A stretch of DNA of 60,569 nt, counting the filler. It is 4 parts of 4 records of this genome, joined end to end, with 100 filler letters (N's around TTAATTAATTAA, not from the genome) between each part and the next. Parts side by side here need not be neighbours in the genome. Positions count along the whole stretch, not along the records: positions 27,759 to 45,848 come from DRR723986_4732; 3 more parts are not named here. One strand, 5' to 3'. The translations under genes were made by a program, and so were the position numbers. Below, one piece after another: positions 28,329 through 38,763 of this stretch. Under the pieces are notes generated by a model that saw only the letters and a list, made by a program, of their open reading frames with translations, was not told the origin of the DNA and searched no databases. Numbering within the stretch: the stretch's first letter is position 1; each line of letters opens with the position of its first letter.

Positions 28329-28883
28329 TCAGGATGCTACGGCATTCATAAACCGGTCGCGGATCACCACAGGATCTTTAGTGATCACTGGCACTTTGAT
28401 GTTACCGCTGTCGCATTTCACCACCATGATCGTCATTTGCTTTGATGCAATCGCTGCCTCAAGTGCCGGACCGCAGTCCTTGTCCTGCACTTCGACCACA
28501 TTCTCACAGCCGCAGGCTGTCGCCACAGCGGCCAGCGATGTCTTCTTGCCCGCATAGGTCGGTTGATCGCCGGTGGACCCATATGACCCGTTGTCGATGA
28601 TCATCAGGATGAAATTGTCCGCCACATTGTTGGCGATGGTCGGCAAGGTGCCAAAGTTGGTCAGGACGGACCCGTCACCGTCAATTGCGATGACCGTTTT
28701 GTCCTGGGCCAAAGCCACGCCAAGCCCGATTGAGGACGCCAGGCCCATTGTGCCCAACATATAAAAATTGGTCGGCTGATCGTCGATCATATGCAATTCC
28801 TGGCTGGGCAGGCCAATATTGCAGATCACCAGTTGGTCCCGCAGGATCGGTGCGATTTCTCTAAGAACTTCGGAACGGATCAT
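28329..28883 (-). CDS. comE: Sulfopyruvate decarboxylase beta subunit
   Basis: 'FYMLGTMGLASSIGLG'; TPP motif 'DGDGS...IIDNGSYGSTG'; TGATG coupling to comD. Confidence 0.9.
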   Translation of the reverse strand: MIRSEVLREIAPILRDQLVICNIGLPSQELHMIDDQPTNFYMLGTMGLASSIGLGVALAQDKTVIAIDGDGSVLTNFGTLPTIANNVADNFILMIIDNGSYGSTGDQPTYAGKKTSLAAVATACGCENVVEVQDKDCGPALEAAIASKQMTIMVVKCDSGNIKVPVITKDPVVIRDRFMNAVAS

Positions 28884-29380
28884 CAGTAACCTCCCCAGAA
28901 TGTTGCGTCGGTCAGGATGGCGACCGGCTTGTTGCACATGAATGTATATTTCAGGATCGCATCCAATTCCTGCGCATCTTCTTGCTTGTGGAAATGGTAG
29001 GTCGGGATGTTCAACTGATTGAGCAGCGCCTTGGTGTGCACCGCCATTTCAACCTGACAGGCGACCGGCTCTTTCAACTCTCCCCGATAGCTGATCAGCA
29101 TCGGCAAGGGCATCCGGTAGAACTGTGTCAGTGTAACCAGAGTGTTCACTGTTACACCGATGGCGGTGTTCTGCATGATGATGGCAGGGCGTTTGCCGCC
29201 CATGAAAGCACCCGCACAAAGACCCATGCCCTCGTCCTCTTTGTTGGACGGGATGTGATAGATCTCTGGCCGCGTCTCAACCTCGTCAATCACGCCAGCC
29301 AACTGCTTGCACGGCACGGTCGTTACAAATGAGATGTCATTGGCGACAAAATCATCAACGATTTGTTTGGATATGGACAA
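28883..29380 (-). CDS. comD: Sulfopyruvate decarboxylase alpha subunit
   Basis: 'TTVPCKQL', 'KEDEGMGLCAGA', 'IMQNTAIG', 'SYRGE'. Confidence 0.9.
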   Translation of the reverse strand: MSISKQIVDDFVANDISFVTTVPCKQLAGVIDEVETRPEIYHIPSNKEDEGMGLCAGAFMGGKRPAIIMQNTAIGVTVNTLVTLTQFYRMPLPMLISYRGELKEPVACQVEMAVHTKALLNQLNIPTYHFHKQEDAQELDAILKYTFMCNKPVAILTDATFWGGY

Positions 29381-29436
29381 AGGTCTACTCCTGACGGTTC
29401 TGAGGTTCGAGATAGGCGTTGGCTGGGACGTGACCG

Positions 29437-30744
29437 TTAGCCGGACATGCCAAGATCAAACTGCTGGTCGGGAAAGTATTTTGCAAGGCGCACATCGGCG
29501 GACCTTGCATGCCCTTCCATCCCTTCCAGACGTGAAATTCTTGCCGTCGCTTCGGCCACGGGGCGGGCGCCCTCGCGCGTTGCCTGTTGCCAGGTGACGA
29601 TCTTCATGTACTTGTGAACCGACAGACCACCCGTGTAGGTCGCCGCCCCAGAGGTGGGCAAAACGTGGTTTGTACCGCTGGCCTTGTCACCAAAAGACAC
29701 GGTCGTTTCCTCGCCAAGAAACAGTGATCCATATGATGTCAATCGATCAAGCCACCAAGGCAAATCGTCAGCCTGCACCGTCAAATGCTCGGGCGCGTAT
29801 TGATCAGAGACCACTGCCATTTCCTCGCGGTCCGCGCACAGCACAACCTCAGCGTAATCACGCCAGGCCGCCAGTGCGTTGTCGCGGTTCAGTGTCGGCA
29901 GATCGTCGATCATGCCGGGCACCATCGCCATCACGTCATCGGCCAGTTTCTGGTCATCTGTCACCAGCCAGACCGGGGAATTGTAGCCGTGCTCTGCCTG
30001 CGACACGAGATCCGTCGCGACGATATGGGCATCTGCAGTTGCATCGGCCAATATCAGACTGTCCGTGGGGCCAGCGACCATATCAATACCAACGCGCCCA
30101 TAAAGAATGCGCTTGGCCTCTGCGACAAATTGATTTCCCGGACCTACCAGAATGTTGGCCTTGGGCTGACCAAACAGGCCAAAGGTCATCGCCGCAATCC
30201 CCTGCACACCGCCAATAGCCATGATGCTGTCCGCGCCGCACACATGCGCTGCGTAGATAATCGCAGGATTGATACCCACATCAGGGCGCGGCGGCGAGCA
30301 GGCCATGATATGTTTGCATCCCGCCACCTTGGCGGTTGTCACGGTCATAATTGCGCTGGCGATATGGCTGTAACGCCCGCCAGGCACGTAACAGCCCACA
30401 GCATCCACCGGGATCACCTTTTGGCCCGCAGTCAATCCCGGAACGACTTCAATCTCAACGTCGCCTATGGTGGATTTCTGCGCCTCTGCAAACCGTTTTA
30501 CATTGTCATGGGCGAACCGGATATCGGCCTTGACCTGACCCGACACCAACGCGGAGGCGGCGGAGATCTCTTCCTCTGTCAGCAAGATATTTCCGGCGTA
30601 TTTGTCAAACCTGGCCGCATACTCAAGCGCTTTTTCTTCGCCGCCGCTTTCAATGTCAGACAGGATGGTCTGTACCGTTTTCTGAACATCGGACGATCCG
30701 CTTTGCGCTGTCATGCTGGCTTTTTTCAGGTAAGTCGGGGCCAT
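29437..30744 (-). CDS. hpsN: Sulfopropanediol (DHPS) 3-dehydrogenase, HisD-like
   Basis: 'YVPGGRYSHIASAIM', 'AGPTDSL', 'QAEHGYNSP', 'GDKASGTNHVLPT', closely matching roseobacter HpsN as I recall it; adjacent to comDE. Confidence 0.88.
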   Translation of the reverse strand: MAPTYLKKASMTAQSGSSDVQKTVQTILSDIESGGEEKALEYAARFDKYAGNILLTEEEISAASALVSGQVKADIRFAHDNVKRFAEAQKSTIGDVEIEVVPGLTAGQKVIPVDAVGCYVPGGRYSHIASAIMTVTTAKVAGCKHIMACSPPRPDVGINPAIIYAAHVCGADSIMAIGGVQGIAAMTFGLFGQPKANILVGPGNQFVAEAKRILYGRVGIDMVAGPTDSLILADATADAHIVATDLVSQAEHGYNSPVWLVTDDQKLADDVMAMVPGMIDDLPTLNRDNALAAWRDYAEVVLCADREEMAVVSDQYAPEHLTVQADDLPWWLDRLTSYGSLFLGEETTVSFGDKASGTNHVLPTSGAATYTGGLSVHKYMKIVTWQQATREGARPVAEATARISRLEGMEGHARSADVRLAKYFPDQQFDLGMSG

Positions 30745-31086
30745 TTCATGCGGTCCTTTGTTCGAAAGATTGAAGGCAAATCCTCTGCGCCCGCCAAGGG
30801 GAAAACAGTAGATTATGCCTGTTCTTGGGGGGCTATTTGCGCCATTGCAAGGCTTTCAGCCGTTTCGGCACCTCCATTTTCAAAAGCCGAAAACTGGCTT
30901 TCGAGGACTGAAATTCATGGGCCATTTTGACCCTGAATGGGGCTGTCTTGTGCCGGAAGTGCCGATGGCTGCCGCGCCGCTGCGGGGGGATTCGCATCTG
31001 CGGCCTTTGTCTTGGGCCTGCCCTGCTCTTGACAGTTCCGGCAGCATTCTCACCCTATGCCCAAATACAACCGAAGAGGCCGAGTT

Positions 31087-32355
31087 ATGACAGTTCTTAT
31101 TGCCGGAGGCGGGATCGCGGGGCTTGCGCTGGGGCTGACCTGCCATCAGATAGGTGTGCCCTTCAAAGTGTTCGAAGCGGTTCAAACGCTGCGCCCTCTC
31201 GGGGTCGGGATCAACCTTCAACCCACCGCTGTCCGCGAATTGATTGATCTGGGTCTCGAAGCCGAACTGGAAAAGATCGGTGTACGCACCCAAGATTACG
31301 GGATGTTCACCCGCCATGGTGTGCATGTCTGGACCGAGCCGCGCGGACATTGGGCGGGCTATGACTGGCCACAATATTCCGTTCACCGGGGCAAATTGCA
31401 CATGATGCTGTATCACGCGCTGATCGAACGGGCCGGGCCGGATGCCGTTGAAACCGGCTGGGCCGCGACCGGGTTTGAGAACACAGACGCAGGCGCGATC
31501 TTGCATCTGCGCAGCGCGGATGGCGAAACCCGGTCAATGGACGGTTCCGTGGTGGTCGGGGCTGATGGCATCCACTCGGCGATCCGGGGCCAGATCGACC
31601 CCGACGAAGGCCCGCCAAAATGGGGCGGCACAATCATGTGGCGCGGCACAACACTGGCCAAACCGTTCAAGACCGGTGCGTCCATGGTGATGATCGGATC
31701 AAAAGGTCTGCGCTTTGTGTCTTATCCGATTTCAAAGCCTGACCCAGACACTGGCCTTGCTGAAATCAACTGGATTGCGACACTCTTGCAAGATCCAGAC
31801 GCCGATTGGAACAAAGAAGACTGGAGCCGCGAAGCCGACAAAAACGATGTCCTGCCCGCGTTTTCGGTGTTTGATCTTGATTGGATTGATGTGCCCGGAT
31901 TGATCCGCGAGGCTGGCAAAGTCTACGAATACCCCATGGTGGACCGTGACCCGATGGACCGCTGGCAACTGGGCTGCGTGACATTGATGGGCGATGCCGC
32001 CCATGCGGCCTATCCAGTGGGGTCAAACGGCGCAGGTTCAGCCATCATCGACGCCCGCAAACTGGGCGCGGCATTCCTGGCGCATGGCATCGGGCCAAAA
32101 GCGCTCGAAGTCTATGAGGCCGAAATGCGCCCGCAGACGGCACAGGTGACCTTGATGAACCGTGTCGCGGGCCCGGATTCCATTCTGGATTTGGTCGAGC
32201 AACGCGCAGATGGCGCATTCACCGACATTTCCGAAGTGATGAGCAAGGAAGAGTTAGCCGCACATGCGGATAAATACAAAGCGGCCGCTGGTTTCGGGAT
32301 TGAAGAAACAAATGCCCGCCCGCGCACCATCGCCGAAGGGGCAAAGGTAGGCTAG
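31087..32355 (+). CDS. FAD-dependent monooxygenase (salicylate hydroxylase-like group A)
   Basis: 'IAGGGIAG', 'GADGIHS', 'MGDAAH', 'GSNG'. Confidence 0.88.
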   Translation: MTVLIAGGGIAGLALGLTCHQIGVPFKVFEAVQTLRPLGVGINLQPTAVRELIDLGLEAELEKIGVRTQDYGMFTRHGVHVWTEPRGHWAGYDWPQYSVHRGKLHMMLYHALIERAGPDAVETGWAATGFENTDAGAILHLRSADGETRSMDGSVVVGADGIHSAIRGQIDPDEGPPKWGGTIMWRGTTLAKPFKTGASMVMIGSKGLRFVSYPISKPDPDTGLAEINWIATLLQDPDADWNKEDWSREADKNDVLPAFSVFDLDWIDVPGLIREAGKVYEYPMVDRDPMDRWQLGCVTLMGDAAHAAYPVGSNGAGSAIIDARKLGAAFLAHGIGPKALEVYEAEMRPQTAQVTLMNRVAGPDSILDLVEQRADGAFTDISEVMSKEELAAHADKYKAAAGFGIEETNARPRTIAEGAKVG

Positions 32356-32375
32356 GCTCAATCAGAAAGATCTGC

Positions 32376-32906
32376 TCATTTCACCTTGGACAGGAACGCC
32401 TTGATTTCACGTTCTACCGCGCCTTGCTTGACCCGGCGAAACACAAGGTCGAGCCCGCCATCCGCCAGCGTGCGGTGGTATTCCTGCATTTCATATTCGC
32501 CAGCCTCGTTGATAAAAAGCGAGAACGTCGAAAATGTGTCGCCACTGATCCGGGTCCAGACAAAGGGTTCACCATTGAGCGGGTCCAGTGGTTCAGGCTT
32601 GCCAAACACGTTGGTTTTCATGGCAGAGCCGTAGATGCCATCGCGCGGGCTTGGCACAAATTCGATGGTATAGACCTTCTGCTTGATCCGCCCATCGCTT
32701 TTGTAGCTGACCGATGTCCAGCTCAGCTCAAAACCCGTTCTTGATGGCTTAATGGTGGTGCTCAGATCGCGGCGCTGTGCCTCGCCATCCTGAACAAACT
32801 CCGAACTGCCTTCATAGACACCTGCAAAACGGTCAATTTCAGCGGCCAAAGCCAAAACCGGCAGGATGCTGAGTACCAGCGCAAGAAGCAGTCGATGGAG
32901 GGTCAT
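32376..32906 (-). CDS. Hypothetical secreted protein
   Basis: Signal-peptide-like N-terminus 'LLLALVLSILPVLALA'; beta-rich mature part; start uncertain (32906 or 32918). Confidence 0.65.
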   Translation of the reverse strand: MTLHRLLLALVLSILPVLALAAEIDRFAGVYEGSSEFVQDGEAQRRDLSTTIKPSRTGFELSWTSVSYKSDGRIKQKVYTIEFVPSPRDGIYGSAMKTNVFGKPEPLDPLNGEPFVWTRISGDTFSTFSLFINEAGEYEMQEYHRTLADGGLDLVFRRVKQGAVEREIKAFLSKVK

Positions 32907-32984
32907 GAATGATCTCATATAATAAATGTAGTGGAGTTGTGAAAGATTACCAGAGGGGCGCGTTTCAAATGCCTCCGTATGACG

Positions 32985-33731
32985 TCAGATACAGCGCCCG
33001 CCGTCAACTTCCATGCAGACGCCCGTAACCATGCTGGCCTCGTCCGAACACAGATAGCAGGCGGCGTTGCCCATATCTTCGGGGGTGGAAAACCGGCCCA
33101 GCGGGATGGTCGACAGAAACTTGGCCCGCACTTCGGGGGTGTCTTCGCCCATGAACATCTTCAACAGCGGCGTTTCACCTGCAACCGGATTGATCGCATT
33201 GACGCGCACCCCGTCGGGGGCCAGTTCGACCGCCATGCCCTTGGTCGCGTTGTTCATCCACCCTTTGGAGGCATTGTACCAGTTCAGCCGTGGTCGCGGG
33301 CTGACCCCCGCAGTTGAGGCCACATTCAAGATCGCCCCGGTTTTGCGGGCCTTCATCAAAGGCACAATGGATCTTGCTGTCAGGTAAACCGATTTGACGT
33401 TCACCGCGATCACCTTGTCAAAATCCTCTTCGCTGACCTCTTCCATCGGTGCGGGCAAATGTGTGGTGCCAGCGTTGTTGACCAGAATGTCGATCTGCCC
33501 GAATGCCGACAATGCGGCCTGCGTCATCGCATCTACATCTGCGGCTTTGGCCACGTTGGTGGTGCAGACGCGAATTCTTTCGCCCAGTTCTGCCGCCAAT
33601 TCTTCTGCCAGCTCGGTGTTCAGGTCCGCAATCAGAACCTTGGCCCCTTCGGCGTGAAACTTGCGAACAATGCCCGCGCCAAACCCCGAGGCACCGCCGG
33701 TGACGATTGCTGTTTTGTTGCTTAGTCTCAT
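32985..33731 (-). CDS. Classical SDR oxidoreductase
   Basis: 'TGGASGFG', 'NNAG', 'YNASK'. Confidence 0.9.
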   Translation of the reverse strand: MRLSNKTAIVTGGASGFGAGIVRKFHAEGAKVLIADLNTELAEELAAELGERIRVCTTNVAKAADVDAMTQAALSAFGQIDILVNNAGTTHLPAPMEEVSEEDFDKVIAVNVKSVYLTARSIVPLMKARKTGAILNVASTAGVSPRPRLNWYNASKGWMNNATKGMAVELAPDGVRVNAINPVAGETPLLKMFMGEDTPEVRAKFLSTIPLGRFSTPEDMGNAACYLCSDEASMVTGVCMEVDGGRCI

Positions 33732-33740
33732 TTGATCCTC

Positions 33741-35195
33741 CTAGCCGTGCAGCGCCGCGACGGTCTTGAGTTGTGAAAATCCATAAAGCGCCTCAAAGCC
33801 CTTTTCGCGCCCGTGCCCGGACAACCCTGTGCCGCCAAAGGGCAGCTCCACACCGCCGCCCGCGCCGTAGTTATTGAGAAAAACCTGCCCCGCCCGCAGC
33901 CGTTTGGCCAGCCGCATCTGCCGCGCACCATCGCGCGACCAGACCGAAGCAACCAGCCCGAAGGCCGTGCCATTGGCGATCTCAACCGCCTCTTCTTCGG
34001 TTTCAAATGGAATAACGACCTGCACCGGGCCAAAAATCTCATCCTGCGCCAACAGGTGATCGGGCTTCACACCCGCAAAGAGGGTCGGCGCAACATAAGC
34101 GCCGCCCGCAGGCGCATCCGAGACAACCTGCCCCTGTGCCGCAATCTCAAGGTCTTTGCCTTTGGCCAGAAACCCCTCAACAATCTCTTTTTGCCGCGTT
34201 GATACCAGCGGCCCCACATCAAGATCATTCATCGCAGGACCAGCACGCAGCGCAGAGTACCGTTCCGCCATACCGCTCAACACTTCATCATATCGACTGC
34301 GGTGCACCAAAATACGCGAAGACGCCGAACAGGTTTGGCCGGCGTTCTGGATGCCCGCATTGGTCAGAAACGCAAGCGCGGCATCCACATCCGCGTCCTC
34401 GAACACCAGCTGCGGGGATTTGCCGCCCAGCTCAAGCGTGACAGGCACCACATTGGCCGCCGCCGCTGTCTGGATCAACTTGCCAACCCCGACCGAGCCG
34501 GTGAATGACACATGCCGGACACCCGGATGACCGGCCAAGGCCGCGCCGGCCTCTGCGCCCAACCCCGGAACAACGTTCAATGCCCCGTCCGGCAAACCGG
34601 CGCGGCGGGCAATCTCGGCAAAGGCCAGCGCGGTCAGGCAAGCCTCTTCCGCCGGTTTCAAGACCGCTGCATTGCCCATTGCCAAAGCCGCCCCAACAGA
34701 CCGCCCGATGATCTGCATCGGATAGTTCCAGGGGATAATATGCCCCGTCACCCCATGCGGCTCCCGCAGGGTATAGACAGTATACCCATCGAGATAGGGA
34801 ATGGTCGTTCCGTGGATCTTATCAACCGCACCGGCGTAAAACTCCATGTACCGCGCAAGGGCGATCACATCGGCCCGCGCCTGCTTGAGCGGCTTGCCCA
34901 CATCCAGCGCCTCAAGCTCGGCCAGTTCGTCCACATGCTCCAGCACCATCGCGCCGATCTTTTGCAAGATCCGGCCCCGTTCAAATTGTGGCATCCGGCC
35001 CCAGTCACCCGAAAGCGCGCCCTCGGCCGCCGCAACAGCGCGATCAACGTCCGCCGCACCGCCACGTGCAATTGCGCACAAGGTCAATCCATCAGACGGG
35101 TTGCGCAGCGGGATGGTATCTTTGCCATCCACCGAGGCCCACTGGCCGCCGATGAAACACAAGCCGGGATCAATGCCTAAAGGTCGCAGGGTCAC
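33741..35195 (-). CDS. Aldehyde dehydrogenase
   Basis: 'IPWNYP', 'FTGS', 'LELGGKSP', 'NAGQTCSA', 'EIFGPV'. Confidence 0.92.
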   Translation of the reverse strand: MTLRPLGIDPGLCFIGGQWASVDGKDTIPLRNPSDGLTLCAIARGGAADVDRAVAAAEGALSGDWGRMPQFERGRILQKIGAMVLEHVDELAELEALDVGKPLKQARADVIALARYMEFYAGAVDKIHGTTIPYLDGYTVYTLREPHGVTGHIIPWNYPMQIIGRSVGAALAMGNAAVLKPAEEACLTALAFAEIARRAGLPDGALNVVPGLGAEAGAALAGHPGVRHVSFTGSVGVGKLIQTAAAANVVPVTLELGGKSPQLVFEDADVDAALAFLTNAGIQNAGQTCSASSRILVHRSRYDEVLSGMAERYSALRAGPAMNDLDVGPLVSTRQKEIVEGFLAKGKDLEIAAQGQVVSDAPAGGAYVAPTLFAGVKPDHLLAQDEIFGPVQVVIPFETEEEAVEIANGTAFGLVASVWSRDGARQMRLAKRLRAGQVFLNNYGAGGGVELPFGGTGLSGHGREKGFEALYGFSQLKTVAALHG

Positions 35196-35434
35196 GTTTC
35201 ATCCTCACGGTGCTGTCTGAACTGCGCCCAAGCTGCGGCAGAACCGCATGAATGAACAGCCCAAAATCGCATGAACAGGGTTTGGGCGCCCTGCTTTCTG
35301 CCACTTCCAACCTTTGTTCAGAATTCGGCAAGCAAGGTGACTAAGTCACCGAAACTCGGACATCTTTGAGATACAATGGCGGGAAACGATCACTCTGTTC
35401 CTGCGCCACCCGCGCCGCCCTGCCGGACCACTTC

Positions 35435-37171
35435 ATGAAAACATCCCTCGCCCGATTTCTACCGATCCTCAGCTGGGGCCGCACCTATGACCGCAGCAGT
35501 TTCAGCAATGACCTGATGGCAGCAGTGATCGTCACGATCATGCTTATTCCGCAGTCATTGGCCTATGCCCTGCTTGCCGGCCTGCCCCCAGAGGCAGGGC
35601 TTTACGCCTCAATCCTGCCCATCATGCTTTATGCGGTGTTCGGGACCAGCCGCGCCTTGGCGATTGGCCCTGTGGCAGTTGTGTCCTTGATGACCGCCGC
35701 CACCTTGGGCGAAGTCACGGCGCAGGGCAGCGCCGGATATGCTGCGGCGGCCCTGACCCTTGCGGCCTTGTCTGGCGTGATCCTGCTGGCGATGGGCCTG
35801 TTCCGGCTTGGCTTTGTCGCAAACTTTCTGTCGCATCCGGTGATTGCCGGATTTATCACCGCATCCGGGTTGTTGATTGCAGCCAGCCAGCTCAAACATA
35901 TTCTTGGTATCGACGCGCAGGGTCATACGCTTTTGGACCTGCTCTCGACCTTGATCCGGCATCTGCCGCAGACCAATTGGATCACCTTGATCATCGGCGC
36001 CAGTGCAATTGTTTTCCTGTTCTGGGTGCGCAAGGGCCTTGCGCCGCTGCTTGCGCGGCTTGGTTTTCCCGATAGGGTCAAATCCGCCTTGGTCAAGGCC
36101 GGACCTGTCGCGGTTGTTGTCATGACAACATTGGCGGTTTGGGGTTTTGACCTGAACCAAAGCGGCGTGCAGATTGTCGGCGCGGTCCCGCAAAGCCTGC
36201 CGCCCTTTACCTTGCCACCTGTGCCGCTTGATCTGTTGCAACAACTAGTGTTGCCAGCTTTCCTAATCTCGCTGATCGGGTTTGTGGAATCCATTTCGGT
36301 CGCGCAAACCCTTGCCGCGAAAAAGCGCCAGAGGATCGACCCGGATCAAGAATTGATCGGCCTCGGCGCGGCCAACATCGGCGCGGCGCTGACGGGCGGC
36401 TTCCCTGTCACTGGCGGATTTTCCAGATCGGTTGTGAATTTCGATGCAGGCGCAGAGACCCCTGCCGCCGGAGCCTTTACCGCCATCGGTCTTGCCATCG
36501 CAGCGCTGCTGCTGACGCCGCTGATCTATTTCTTACCCAAGGCAACACTGGCCGCGACCATCATCGTTGCGGTGCTGAGCCTCGTTGATTTCTCCATCCT
36601 GACTCGCAGCTGGCACTACTCCAAATCTGATTTTGCCGCCGTGGCGATCACGATCCTGCTAACCCTTGGCATGGGCGTCGAAGCGGGCGTCACAGCCGGT
36701 GTGCTGCTCTCGATCCTGCTGCATCTATACAAGTCATCCAAACCGCATATCGCCGAAGTGGGCCGCGTGCCGGGCACCGAACACTACCGCAATGTCTTGC
36801 GCCACAAGGTGATCACCGACCCCGCTGTCGTGACCTTGCGGGTGGACGAGAGCCTCTATTTTGCCAACGCGCGGTTTCTTGAGGATCAGATCCACAACCG
36901 CGTCGCCCGTGATCCGGCGATCCGGCACGTGATTTTGCAATGCTCTGCCATCAACGCAATTGACCTCAGCGCATTGGAATCCCTTGAGATGATCAACACC
37001 CGTCTTAAGGAAATGAACGTTTGCCTGCATCTGTCCGAGGTCAAAGGCCCGGTGATGGACCGGCTGGGAGAACAACATTTCTTGCAGGAGATGACAGGCA
37101 AAGTGTTCCTGACGCAATTTGAGGCCGCCGAATTTGCCGCCAGCGCTGCCAGCGCAAAGGTTTCATCCTAG
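35435..37171 (+). CDS. SulP/SLC26 anion transporter with C-terminal STAS domain
   Basis: 'PQSLAYALLAGLPP', 'GGFSRSVVN', 'SLYFANA'. Confidence 0.92.
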   Translation: MKTSLARFLPILSWGRTYDRSSFSNDLMAAVIVTIMLIPQSLAYALLAGLPPEAGLYASILPIMLYAVFGTSRALAIGPVAVVSLMTAATLGEVTAQGSAGYAAAALTLAALSGVILLAMGLFRLGFVANFLSHPVIAGFITASGLLIAASQLKHILGIDAQGHTLLDLLSTLIRHLPQTNWITLIIGASAIVFLFWVRKGLAPLLARLGFPDRVKSALVKAGPVAVVVMTTLAVWGFDLNQSGVQIVGAVPQSLPPFTLPPVPLDLLQQLVLPAFLISLIGFVESISVAQTLAAKKRQRIDPDQELIGLGAANIGAALTGGFPVTGGFSRSVVNFDAGAETPAAGAFTAIGLAIAALLLTPLIYFLPKATLAATIIVAVLSLVDFSILTRSWHYSKSDFAAVAITILLTLGMGVEAGVTAGVLLSILLHLYKSSKPHIAEVGRVPGTEHYRNVLRHKVITDPAVVTLRVDESLYFANARFLEDQIHNRVARDPAIRHVILQCSAINAIDLSALESLEMINTRLKEMNVCLHLSEVKGPVMDRLGEQHFLQEMTGKVFLTQFEAAEFAASAASAKVSS

Positions 37172-37236
37172 CGTCAAAGCGCCCCTTTACGCCGCAGGGC
37201 CGATAGCGCAAATTCGGGCGAAATCTCCGCAAAGGA

Positions 37237-38757
37237 ATGATCATGGCAAATCCGCTTTTTGATGCTCTGTTTGGTCGCCACCAAGGCAAGGACACACCGT
37301 TTCTGCATTTACCGGACGGCCAGACCCTGACCCATGCGGCGTTTCTGGCTCGCACTGCCCGCTTTGCCAACGCATTTGCCGCATGCGGGCTGATTGCCGG
37401 GGATCGGGTTGCCGTGCAGATCGACAAATCCGCGGATGCGCTGGCTCTCTACGCCGCTTGTGTACAGGCGGGGCTGGTCTTTCTCCCTCTGAACACTGCC
37501 TACAAACCTGTCGAAGTGGACTATTTCGTCAGCAATTCGGGCGCGAAGGTGCTGGTCTGTGATCCGGCCAAGGCAAGCGGTCTGGCACCCGTGGCCAATG
37601 CTGCGCAGGCGCGTCTCGAAACGCTGGATGGCTCGGGCGGCGGTACTTTGGCAAACCTGGCCGAGGCCCAGTCCGAAACATTTGATACAGTAGACAGATC
37701 CGCCCACGATCTGGCCGCGTTCCTTTATACCTCCGGCACCACAGGCCGGTCCAAAGGTGCAATGCTGAGCCAAGCCAACCTGCTCAGCAATGCCGAAACC
37801 CTCACGGCGTTCTGGCGTTTTACCGAGCGCGATGTCCTGCTGCATGCATTGCCGATCTTTCACACGCACGGGCTGTTCGTTGCGACCAATATCATCCTGC
37901 TTTCAGGCGGATCCATGGTGTTTCTGCCCAAGCTGGATGTGGATGAATTGATCCGGTTCATGCCCCGCGCCACCAGCCTTATGGGGGTGCCGACGTTCTA
38001 CACCCGGCTGTTGGATCATCCCGGTTTTACCAAGGATCTGACCTCACATATGCGGTTGTTCATCTCGGGGTCTGCCCCCCTGTTGGCGGAAACCCACAAG
38101 GCGTTTGAGGCCCGGACAGGCCACCGGATATTGGAACGCTACGGGATGACCGAAACCAATATGAACACCTCAAACCCCTATGACGGGGACCGCCGCGCGG
38201 GAACGGTCGGGCATCCCTTGCCGGGGGTAGAATTGAAAGTGACAGACCCGGACAGCGGCACGACCCTGCCGGATGGGGAGATTGGCGTGATCGAAGTGCG
38301 CGGGCCAAATGTGTTTCAGGGCTATTGGCAGATGCCGGAAAAGACCGCCGCTGAACTGCGCAGCGACGGGTTTTTTATCACCGGCGATCTGGGGCTGATT
38401 GACGATCAGGGCTATGTACAGATTGTCGGACGCGGCAAGGATCTGATTATTTCGGGTGGGTACAACATCTATCCCAAAGAGGTTGAGCTGGTGTTGGATG
38501 ACCAACCCGGTGTGCTTGAATCTGCTGTGATCGGCGTGCCTCATGGCGATCTGGGTGAGGCGCCGCTGGGCATTCTTGTGTGCGAAAAAGGCGCGGAGCC
38601 GGACAGCGAGGCGATTTTGGCGCAGCTTAACGCAGACCTCGCGCGGTTCAAATGTCCGCGCAAACTGATCGTGGTGGACGCCCTGCCGCGCAATACCATG
38701 GGCAAGGTGCAAAAGAACGTGCTGCGCGAAACCTATGCGGATGTATTCGGGCGCTAG
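37237..38757 (+). CDS. matB: Malonyl-CoA synthetase
   Basis: 'YTSGTTGRSKGAML', 'LPIFHTHGL', 'GVPTFYTRL', 'ERYGMTE', 'MGKVQKN'. Confidence 0.88.
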   Translation: MIMANPLFDALFGRHQGKDTPFLHLPDGQTLTHAAFLARTARFANAFAACGLIAGDRVAVQIDKSADALALYAACVQAGLVFLPLNTAYKPVEVDYFVSNSGAKVLVCDPAKASGLAPVANAAQARLETLDGSGGGTLANLAEAQSETFDTVDRSAHDLAAFLYTSGTTGRSKGAMLSQANLLSNAETLTAFWRFTERDVLLHALPIFHTHGLFVATNIILLSGGSMVFLPKLDVDELIRFMPRATSLMGVPTFYTRLLDHPGFTKDLTSHMRLFISGSAPLLAETHKAFEARTGHRILERYGMTETNMNTSNPYDGDRRAGTVGHPLPGVELKVTDPDSGTTLPDGEIGVIEVRGPNVFQGYWQMPEKTAAELRSDGFFITGDLGLIDDQGYVQIVGRGKDLIISGGYNIYPKEVELVLDDQPGVLESAVIGVPHGDLGEAPLGILVCEKGAEPDSEAILAQLNADLARFKCPRKLIVVDALPRNTMGKVQKNVLRETYADVFGR

Positions 38758-38763
38758 CCGGCG

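Noticed and set aside
29437-30744. Histidinol dehydrogenase (hisD)
   Set aside because: Sequence motifs and linkage to comDE indicate the paralogue HpsN.
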